Notes under the pieces: model-generated | Databases searched by the model: none | The model's input: the letters and a program-made list of their open reading frames with translations, nothing else | What the model was told of the DNA's origin: nothing | Source of the DNA: Candidatus Aenigmatarchaeota archaeon | Lineage (GTDB): Archaea > Aenigmatarchaeota > Aenigmatarchaeia > QMZS01 | Assembly: GCA_023134135.1 (NCBI GenBank) | Contig: JAGLVB010000013.1 | Coordinates: 1 to 51,880 of the forward strand | Direction of reading: 5' to 3' | DNA: 51,880 nt | In this document: positions 9,538 to 17,111 of the stretch, one piece after another | How positions within the stretch are numbered: the stretch's first letter is position 1 | Layout: each line of letters begins with the position of its first letter | Program-made: the position numbers and the translations under genes

Positions 9538-10536
9538 TTATAACCAAGACTGGAATTTAGAACTCTTCAGCAGATTAACATATATTCTTAATAATATACT
9601 CTGAAATAAAGGAAATCTATCTAAAAATTCCAGCCGGTTATCTCCCTTTTGTTTAATTTTTACAATTTTATCAAGTTCTATAGTTTTATGATTGGGATTA
9701 ATAATTTTCTTTGCAACTTCCTTTCCACTAGTCAAAGCAAAAGAGATGCCCTCTCCGGTGGCTGCTGAAGTCAATCCTGCGGCATCACCTGCTAAAAAGA
9801 TATTGTCAAATTTAATTCCTTTGTATAAGCAATTTGCCGGAGCCCCCTCATATTGAGCTTTTTTATAATCCACTCCGCAATCATCCAAAAATTTGTCAAG
9901 AATTTCCCTTGCCTTATTAACCTTTAAAAATTTTGGATTAAAAAACACCCCTGCAGAAGTATAGGTCTTATGGGGGAATACCCACCCATACCCGGAATAA
10001 AGTGTTTTTGGATTAAAAAACCACTTCATTTTTTTGTATTGTTTTGGGATTATGTATTGTATTCCTATATAAATCTTATTTTCAAGTCCTAAATATTTCC
10101 TGACAATTGAAGCCGCCCCATCAGCACCCACAAGATATTTAAAATGAAATGTCCCTCTGGAAGTTTTTATCTTATTTTTTTCCATTGATTTAACTAAGGT
10201 TTTTTTTAAAATTGTTATGTTTTTTGTATTTTTTATTTTGGTAAACATATATTGCCCTAATTCATATCTATCTAAAGTCCTTATCGGATTATTCATGGAA
10301 ATTTCATATTTTTTATTTCCTAGAAATATTTCTAATTTATTAAATATTATTGTCTTGTCTTTTGGATAATCAAAACCTTTTGTTAATTGAGTCAAACCTC
10401 CGGCGCATATTTTAGGTCCTATTATTTGGTTTTTTTCAATTAATAAAACCGATAGTTTTGTGTTTTTTAATTCTTCGGCGCATTTTAATCCTGCTGGTCC
10501 CGCACCAAGGATAATCACATCATAAGTATTTTTCAT
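9538..10536 (-). CDS. FAD-dependent oxidoreductase, geranylgeranyl reductase family
   Basis: GAGPAG, 'KICAGGL', 'LVGADGA', 'YGWVFP', 'LAGDAAG...TGEGI'. Confidence 0.85.
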   Translation of the reverse strand: MKNTYDVIILGAGPAGLKCAEELKNTKLSVLLIEKNQIIGPKICAGGLTQLTKGFDYPKDKTIIFNKLEIFLGNKKYEISMNNPIRTLDRYELGQYMFTKIKNTKNITILKKTLVKSMEKNKIKTSRGTFHFKYLVGADGAASIVRKYLGLENKIYIGIQYIIPKQYKKMKWFFNPKTLYSGYGWVFPHKTYTSAGVFFNPKFLKVNKAREILDKFLDDCGVDYKKAQYEGAPANCLYKGIKFDNIFLAGDAAGLTSAATGEGISFALTSGKEVAKKIINPNHKTIELDKIVKIKQKGDNRLEFLDRFPLFQSILLRIYVNLLKSSKFQSWL

Positions 10537-10537
10537 T

Positions 10538-12139
10538 TTATTTCAGACAACTTTTAACAAATCCATAAAATAAAGGAGAAGGCTTTAATAAATTAGATTT
10601 AAATTCAGGATGCGCTTGTGTGGCAACGAAAAATTTATTGTGCGGTAACTCAATAAATTCAACAAGAGGTTTGGTGGGGGAAATACCTGAAAACACCATT
10701 CCTTTCTCCTGAAGGATTTTATGATATTCCGGGTTTAATTCATATCTGTGCCTGTGTCTCTCAGAAACTTTATTTTCTTTGATAAGATTAAATTTATCAT
10801 ATAAATCATAAATTTTTGTTTTTTGTTTTAACTCAGCAGGGCAAGCCCCAAGCCTCATAGTCGCTCCAAGTTCCTTTATATTCTTCTGCTCCGGCAATAT
10901 ATCTATAACAGGATATTTTGTGTTTTTATCTATCTCTGTTGAATGCGCTCCTTCAAGTCCGCACACATTTCTTGCAAATTCAACAACAGCTAATTGCAAA
11001 CCTAAACATAAACCTAAAAAAGGAATATTATTTTTCCTGCAAAAATTTATTGCTTTAATTTTCCCTTCCACTCCTGAAGATCCAAATCCTCCAGGAACAA
11101 TAATTCCATCCAAATCTGAAATTTCCTGTTCTATTTTTGTTGAATCCACCCAGAATATATTTGGTTTTGTATTTAGAGCCACACACGCGTGTTTCACTGC
11201 CTCTTCAACAGAAATATAAGAGTCTGTTAATTCGAAATTTCCCGTGCTTATATATTTTCCAACAATTCCTATATTCACCTCATTTTTGGTATTTTTCAAT
11301 ATATCTACTTTATTTTCCCATTCTGATAATTCTGCATTATTCTCAGTTAAATTTAATTTATTTAAAATCTTTTTTGCAAATTCCTGTTTCTCAAAAACAA
11401 GAGGTAATTCATAAATTGTTTCCAAATCAGGATTGTTGATTATATTTTCTTCTGAAATATTACAGAATAAAGATATCTTTTCTTTCCTCACATTATCTAA
11501 TTCCTCAGGAGACCTGCAAACAATAAAATCCGGGAAAATTCCTAATTCCCTTAATAATCTTACAGATTGTTGTGTTGGTTTGGTTTTTGGTTCACCAAGT
11601 TTTTCAGGGATGGGCACATAAGAAACATGAATAAAAGCAACATTTTCCTCGCTCTGTAATTGCCTCGCCGCTTCCAAAAACAAAATATTCTCATAATCTC
11701 CAACAATTCCGCCTATCTCTATCAAGGTAATATCTGCTCCAGATTTTGTTGAAACCTCCTTTATTCTCCTCTTAATCTCATCAGTCACATGAGGTATTAA
11801 CTGAACGGTTTTTCCAAGATAATCACCTCTCCTCTCTCGGTTAATAACCTCATAATAAACCTGACCTGTTGTGATATTGTGTTCTTTTGTTAGCGGAAAT
11901 CCAAGAAATCTCTCATAATGTCCCAAATCCTGATCTGTTTCCCCGCCATCTTCAGTTACCCAGACTTCCCCGTGTTCTGTGGGTCTTAATGTTCCTGCAT
12001 CAACATTCACATAAGGGTCTATTTTTATTATTGTTGGTTTGTATCCTTTTGCTATTAACACCCTTGAAAGTGATGAAGTTACAATACCCTTTCCCAAACC
12101 TGAAATAACCCCGCCGGTTACAAAAATATAATTTGACAT
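10538..12139 (-). CDS. pyrG: CTP synthase
   Basis: 'VTGGVISGLGKG', 'DPYVNVDAGT', GATase 'GLCLGLQ', 'RHRHRYE', 'QAHPEF'. Confidence 0.98.
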   Translation of the reverse strand: MSNYIFVTGGVISGLGKGIVTSSLSRVLIAKGYKPTIIKIDPYVNVDAGTLRPTEHGEVWVTEDGGETDQDLGHYERFLGFPLTKEHNITTGQVYYEVINRERRGDYLGKTVQLIPHVTDEIKRRIKEVSTKSGADITLIEIGGIVGDYENILFLEAARQLQSEENVAFIHVSYVPIPEKLGEPKTKPTQQSVRLLRELGIFPDFIVCRSPEELDNVRKEKISLFCNISEENIINNPDLETIYELPLVFEKQEFAKKILNKLNLTENNAELSEWENKVDILKNTKNEVNIGIVGKYISTGNFELTDSYISVEEAVKHACVALNTKPNIFWVDSTKIEQEISDLDGIIVPGGFGSSGVEGKIKAINFCRKNNIPFLGLCLGLQLAVVEFARNVCGLEGAHSTEIDKNTKYPVIDILPEQKNIKELGATMRLGACPAELKQKTKIYDLYDKFNLIKENKVSERHRHRYELNPEYHKILQEKGMVFSGISPTKPLVEFIELPHNKFFVATQAHPEFKSNLLKPSPLFYGFVKSCLK

Positions 12140-12201
12140 TTTTAATCCATTTATATATAGTCTTTGTAATTATATTACACTCAAAAAATTTGGGTTTAAT
12201 C

Positions 12202-13089
12202 TCAAAATCCGTGCGGATAATGCTCTTTAATCATATCTTTAGAAAAAGCAAGTTCCACAACATCATCCATTTTTTTGCTGACTGGTAAAATATAAGTTTC
12301 GCCATATCTGACACCTTTTCCGGTTTTCACAAAAGCGACCATTTTATTAGGGTAAGTTGGATGGTGAACTAAATAATCCTCAGCATTAATAGGATATTTA
12401 TTTTCTCCAAAGTTTTTTGTTCCATCACTAAACCACCCAACCTGATTAGCCACTAAAGCCCCTTTATATTTACCAATTTCTCTTCCGGCTTCCTTTAATA
12501 AATTAATTGAAGCTCTTAAACAGGCTATTTCATGTGTTTGCCTTTCTCTTTTGGTTTCTTGCTCTCCACAAATACCTTGGTCTCCTATTTCCTTTATCAA
12601 ATAGTTTTGCCTAGAATAAAAGGGATGTAAATCAAAATATACTGCATCACCTGCAAACCTCAAAGCAGACATCGCATCAGGAACCTGTTCAGTTAAAATA
12701 TCCCCAACAATAATTTCATTTATTCTTGTATTGTGAATAGGATTTAAATTATAATTATCTAATTCTTTTTTATGAGAATACACAATCTGATAAGAAGTTT
12801 GATCTTTCTCATTAATCATTACATAAGACAAATTTTTCTTTCCTTCCTGAAGATTAAATACACCTTCTTTGTTTAAATCCCCATTTGAATCTCTGTTTAA
12901 ATTTCCTTCTGAAAAAAACAAAATTCTTTCAGCAGGTCTTCCTCTACCCTTATTTAAACCATTTGTATATTTTTGCAACATTATTGGTGTTCCGGGTTCT
13001 AATAAATTATCCAATTTTTGCATATATTCAATAAAATTTTCTCCATCAATTTCACTTTTTCCTTCTGATGTTATTAATTCAATACCCAT
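12202..13089 (-). CDS. Hypothetical protein
   Basis: 295-aa ORF co-oriented with pyrG; no recognised motif. Confidence 0.65.
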   Translation of the reverse strand: MGIELITSEGKSEIDGENFIEYMQKLDNLLEPGTPIMLQKYTNGLNKGRGRPAERILFFSEGNLNRDSNGDLNKEGVFNLQEGKKNLSYVMINEKDQTSYQIVYSHKKELDNYNLNPIHNTRINEIIVGDILTEQVPDAMSALRFAGDAVYFDLHPFYSRQNYLIKEIGDQGICGEQETKRERQTHEIACLRASINLLKEAGREIGKYKGALVANQVGWFSDGTKNFGENKYPINAEDYLVHHPTYPNKMVAFVKTGKGVRYGETYILPVSKKMDDVVELAFSKDMIKEHYPHGF

Positions 13090-13124
13090 AAATATTAAAT
13101 ATTATAAAAATTTAAGTATTTTGT

Positions 13125-13185
13125 TGTTGCACTAAACACTCAAAAACCAAATGTTTTTGGTGCGCAAAAATCTCTGATTTTTGAT
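13125..13185. repeat. Double-hairpin mini-element
   Basis: CAAAAAC-CAAAT-GTTTTTG (13141-13159) and CAAAAATC-TCT-GATTTTTG (13165-13183). Confidence 0.45.
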
Positions 13186-13303
13186 TATTCAATCCTTTAG
13201 AGAGTTTAACAAAGTATTAAGAGATTCCGAAATCTTGCAGATTTTCCATTTAAATCGAGTTATATTCAACTTTTTTAATTTAAAATTTGTGTTTGGAATT
13301 GGG

Positions 13304-13320
13304 TTATTACACTGTAATAA
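13304..13320. promoter_or_regulatory. Perfect palindrome TTATTACA-C-TGTAATAA (putative operator)
   Basis: 8-bp arms; lies in the divergent intergenic region upstream of the wHTH gene; matches 4581-4595 and 15783-15797. Confidence 0.55.
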
Positions 13321-13436
13321 TGTTATAGTTATTTTTGTTTAAGAGTTTTATTTTTGTCGGGTTTTCACGATAACAGCTTTAATTACCCTATACTCCTTAG
13401 CATTCTCTTGATTATAATATGGTTTGGTATAATTAC

Positions 13437-13449
13437 TGAACACTGTTCA
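13437..13449. promoter_or_regulatory. Palindrome TGAACA-C-TGTTCA just upstream of the wHTH gene
   Basis: Ends 26 bp before ATG 13475; contains the array's TGAAC half-site and the ACACTGT centre of the 13304 motif. Confidence 0.4.
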
Positions 13450-13474
13450 ATTATAAATAATCAATATATTTATT

Positions 13475-13771
13475 ATGGTAAGACCGCAGGATAAAAAGAA
13501 AATAAGTAAGTTATTAAAAATTTTGATTAAACATCCGGAAGGATTGTGGTTGAGGCAAATTTCAAAAGACACTAAAATTGCGCCTTCAACAGTGCATTAT
13601 TATGTAAACCAGACTTTATCTGAAATAATAGAAAATATTGGGGTAAAAGATAAAAAAGGAAAATATTTCGGACTGAGGATTATAAGATTAAAACCAAAAA
13701 TTATAGAAAATGCTGAAAAGGGGGGTTTGGATAATATATTTCATTTTCTCAAATTATCCAAAAAAATATGA
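13475..13771 (+). CDS. Small winged-HTH DNA-binding protein (ArsR/IclR-like HTH)
   Basis: 'LLKILIKHPEGLWLRQISKDTKIAPSTVHYYV' HTH followed by a beta wing; very basic. Confidence 0.75.
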   Translation: MVRPQDKKKISKLLKILIKHPEGLWLRQISKDTKIAPSTVHYYVNQTLSEIIENIGVKDKKGKYFGLRIIRLKPKIIENAEKGGLDNIFHFLKLSKKI

Positions 13772-13798
13772 TTTTTAATAGAAAATAATATAAATATG

Positions 13799-14570
13799 GT
13801 GTGAAGTTCACGTGAACCTAATATTAAAACGTGAACTTAAAAAAGGAGAAATGAATATTATATGAAATTGATAAAAAGATTATAAATTATATTTGAAGTT
13901 CACGTGAACTTGGGTTTCTTATATTAATTTATGTGAACTTAAATCCTAAATATATTGGTGTTTAAAGCCAAAACAATAATTTTATATAAATTTTAAGTAA
14001 GTTCACGTGAACATCCTCTTAGAGTGTGAACTTGGTGTGAACTTGATAAAGTAAATTAGATGATAATTTGAAGTTTATATGAACAAAAAATATTAATGTG
14101 AATTAAATATAAACTTAATAAATTATATCTCAAGTTCACGTGAACTTGAGTTGTGTATGTGAACTTAACGTGAACTTAAAAATAGAAATATGAATTTGAA
14201 ATGAAATTCACATGAACAAAGAATACTAACGTGAACTTAAAATAAATATATTGATTTTGCGTGAACCAAACATGAATTTAGTATTTAGTTCACGTGAACT
14301 TGATTCCCGAACGTGAACTTAACGTGAACTAACCAAACCATAAAATCTAAAGTAAAACCATAATTTAACAAACCACCAAACAATTTTTTTATATATTATT
14401 TAAATAACTATATATTTATTGTACACAATAAAATCCCTGAAGTTCACGTGAACAAAGAATACAAACGTGAACTTAATGTGAACTTAAATCCTAAAAATCT
14501 TGGTGTTTAAAGCCAAAATAAGAAGTTCTCCTCAGCAAGATAATATTGTGTGAAGTTCACATGAACTTAA
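13799..14570. repeat. Non-coding array of GTTCACGTGAAC palindromes with satellite GTGAAC half-sites
   Basis: Perfect 12-mers start at 13806, 13898, 14001, 14134, 14288, 14442; degenerate copies at 14073, 14206, 14555; more than 10 additional GTGAAC-type half-sites; no ORF of 60 aa or more lies within it. Confidence 0.97.
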
Positions 14571-14575
14571 ATATT

Positions 14576-15634
14576 ATGGGAGAAATAGAAAATTATAGAA
14601 ATTGGTTGGAAAAACAAGGTCTATCTAAAAATCCTTTCACACTTGAAATTAATCCCTCACTTCTTGTTGGATATGAAAAACAAATAACAAACCTTCTAAA
14701 AAATATAGAACAAAAACAAAAATTAATATTAATCAGCGGCGCAACCGGAAGCGGAAAAACAAGCTTGATTACTTATTTAATTTCCAAAAATAATAAGTTC
14801 ATTTTCCTGAGCAAGCCCCCAAGACAAACATCTCAGTTAATTAATATCTCAGATAAGTTTATTAAAGAATTGCCTTTATTTTCAAGAATATTTATAAAAA
14901 AACCAAAAAAAATTGAAGATGTCCCGCAATTTTTGAACAATATTATAAAAGAACCTAAAGTGCTCTATATAGATGAAATACATGAAGCAAGTATTGAGGT
15001 ATTGGAATGGTTTAGAATAATATCAGATCAGGTTCAAAATCTATCAATAATTTTCTCAGGTCTCCCAATATTTGATGAAATATTGACAAAAAACCTGGAA
15101 ACCCTTAAAAAAAGAATTATTGAAAAAATAGAACTTAATGCTCTGACAAAAGAAGAAACAGAACAATTAATAAGAAAAAGAATTGAATTTGTTGGGGGGA
15201 AGGGTATAAATCCATTCACACCAGAAACTATAGATTATATATATAATAGAACAGGTGGATTTCCAAGGGATATTATAATTCTATGTAATAAATTGTTAAA
15301 TACAACCGCAGAAAATAATACTGAATATATAGATATAAATTTAATAAAAGAAAAACCTGATAAAATTGAAAAAGTAAATGATTTTGGAAAACTCACAAAT
15401 TTATCTGTAAAACAGAAAAAAATAATAGAACTTATCCTTGAACACGAACCAATAGCGCCAAATAAACTTATTGAATTTACAACAGAATATCCCTCAGAAA
15501 AACATGCTTTGAGAGCAGTAAATAATTTATTAAAAAGACTTATATTTGAAGGTTATGTTGAAAGGAAAAAAACCGGAAAAACATATATTTATAATCTTAC
15601 ACCCTCAACACGAACTTTATTAATAAAATCTTAG
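14576..15634 (+). CDS. ExeA/GspA(TnsC)-like AAA+ ATPase with C-terminal winged helix
   Basis: N-terminal 'GLSKNPFTLEINP', Walker A GATGSGKTS, Walker B LYIDEIHE, 'IIFSGLP', 'LKKRI..KIELNAL', 'TGGFPRDIIILC'; C-terminal 'LSVKQKKIIELIL...VNNLLKRLIFEGYVERKKTGKTYIYNLT'. Start moved to ATG 14576 because the upstream TTG lies in the repeat array. Confidence 0.85.
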   Translation: MGEIENYRNWLEKQGLSKNPFTLEINPSLLVGYEKQITNLLKNIEQKQKLILISGATGSGKTSLITYLISKNNKFIFLSKPPRQTSQLINISDKFIKELPLFSRIFIKKPKKIEDVPQFLNNIIKEPKVLYIDEIHEASIEVLEWFRIISDQVQNLSIIFSGLPIFDEILTKNLETLKKRIIEKIELNALTKEETEQLIRKRIEFVGGKGINPFTPETIDYIYNRTGGFPRDIIILCNKLLNTTAENNTEYIDINLIKEKPDKIEKVNDFGKLTNLSVKQKKIIELILEHEPIAPNKLIEFTTEYPSEKHALRAVNNLLKRLIFEGYVERKKTGKTYIYNLTPSTRTLLIKS

Positions 15635-15639
15635 TCCTA

Positions 15640-15914
15640 CCCTTTAGTTTCCTATGGAACTTAAAAATAATTTTTTTGTCGGCAGACACATAAAATCAAA
15701 ATTAAAAAAATAATTTTTTCATATTTTTATTAATTTTTAAAAATATTTATAATAAATGTATTATATAACTATATATTATAGATATTACACAGTAATAATT
15801 ATCAATAAATATAATTATAATAAGTCCAGTGGAAATGAGGGGGTCACGTTACCATACTTAATAATATATTCTCTTGTCGAGAAGTCTATATATAGTTCCA
15901 AAGGAAATATAGGT
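15640..15914. other. Replication origin (oriC): ORB elements flanking an AT-rich DUE
   Basis: ORB on minus strand 15640-15660 (GTTCCATAGGAAACTAAAGGG), AT-rich 15661-15823, ORB on plus strand 15824-15844 (GTCCAGTGGAAATGAGGGGGT), third ORB-like box 15895-15914 (GTTCCAAAGGAAATATAGGT); directly upstream of cdc6. Confidence 0.88.
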
Positions 15915-17111
15915 ATGCAGGAGAAACTTAGAAATTATTTTTCAGAATATCTGAATAAAGAAAGTTTTTTTATTGACAAAAAATTATTAACTCATAGCTA
16001 TGTGCCAGAAGAGATATTACACCGTGATGAACAAATTTCAACAATCGCAAAAATTCTCGCTCCTTCTTTGAAATTAGAACAACCTTCAAATTTATTTATT
16101 TATGGCACCACAGGAACAGGAAAATCAGTGGCCATAAAATATATATTTAATGAAATGCTCGCGGCGAATACTTCAAATTTTAATGCGATTTATGTTAATT
16201 GTAAATTAAGGAAGGTGTCTGATACAGAATATAGGATGCTGGCATATATCCTAAGAGAACTGAATTTCAAGGTTCCGGACACAGGTCTGCCAACAGAAAC
16301 ATTATATACTAAATTATTTGAATTAGTGGATTCAAAAAAACAGATAATTATTCTGGCTTTGGATGAACTTGATGTTTTAATAAATAAAATAGGTGATGAG
16401 ATTTTATATAACCTGACAAGGATAAATTCAGAATTAGTAAATTCAAAAATAAGTATTATTGGAATTTCAAATGATATTTCATTTACTGATAAATTAGACC
16501 CAAGAGTAAAAAGTTCTTTATCCGAGGAAGAAATTATTTTCCCTCCTTATAATGCCCCCCAATTAAATGATATAATTGAACAAAGGGCAAATAAAGCGCT
16601 TAAACAGGATGTTTATTCTGAAGGTGTTATAAGAAAATGCGCTGCCATAGCCGCTCAGGAGCAGGGAGATGCAAGGAGGGCTTTGGATATGATAAGAGTT
16701 GCTGCGGAAATTGCTGAGAGGAATGATGAAATAAAAATCACTGAAAAACATGTGGGTTTGGCAGAACAAAAACTTGAATTAGACCGCGTTGTGGAATTGG
16801 CAAAAATGCAGCCAAGACATTCACAAGTAACTCTTTATTCAATATTGAAATTATTTGAAAAAAGCGAGGATAATATATTAACAGGAGATGTTTATGAAAT
16901 TTATACTCAATTATGCAAGAGAAATGGGTATAGAATTTTAACACAAAGAAGAATATCTGATTTAATTTCAGAACTTAATATGTTAGGTATAATTTCAACA
17001 AAAGTTATTTCAAAAGGGAGGTATGGGAGGACAAGGGAAATCAGGCTCGCAATTGCAAAAAAACCCTTTGATATTTTAAAAAACCATTTTTCCACATTAT
17101 TTGAAATATGA
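15915..17111 (+). CDS. cdc6: Orc1/Cdc6 replication initiator
   Basis: 'YVPEEILHRDEQI', Walker A GTTGTGKS, 'YVNC', Walker B LDELD, 'LDPRVKSSL', 'GDARRALD', 'GRYGRTREI'. Likely start ATG 15915 (MQEKL); the track's extension reads through the origin. Confidence 0.97.
   Translation: MQEKLRNYFSEYLNKESFFIDKKLLTHSYVPEEILHRDEQISTIAKILAPSLKLEQPSNLFIYGTTGTGKSVAIKYIFNEMLAANTSNFNAIYVNCKLRKVSDTEYRMLAYILRELNFKVPDTGLPTETLYTKLFELVDSKKQIIILALDELDVLINKIGDEILYNLTRINSELVNSKISIIGISNDISFTDKLDPRVKSSLSEEEIIFPPYNAPQLNDIIEQRANKALKQDVYSEGVIRKCAAIAAQEQGDARRALDMIRVAAEIAERNDEIKITEKHVGLAEQKLELDRVVELAKMQPRHSQVTLYSILKLFEKSEDNILTGDVYEIYTQLCKRNGYRILTQRRISDLISELNMLGIISTKVISKGRYGRTREIRLAIAKKPFDILKNHFSTLFEI

Noticed and set aside
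14415-14432. Palindrome TTTATTGT-AC-ACAATAAA in the long array gap
   Set aside because: Single AT-rich copy that could arise by chance; possibly part of the ATPase promoter but unsupported.
13799-14570. CRISPR array
   Set aside because: The conserved core is only 12-16 bp, the period is irregular (61-154 bp), the spacers contain further motif copies and duplicate each other, and there are no cas genes.
13799-14570. Array as the ORB cluster of oriC
   Set aside because: The motif does not resemble the ORB consensus (TCCA..GGAAA plus G-string); true ORBs are present separately at 15640-15914.
14546-14575. TTG start of the ATPase
   Set aside because: It falls within the last repeat unit; ATG 14576 is more plausible.
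13475-15634. Tn7/Mu/IS21-type transposon
   Set aside because: No DDE transposase, TniQ or terminal repeats accompany the ATPase.
15756-15914. 53-aa N-terminal extension of Cdc6
   Set aside because: Low-complexity Y/I/N read-through of the AT-rich origin; ATG 15915 gives a normal 398-aa protein.
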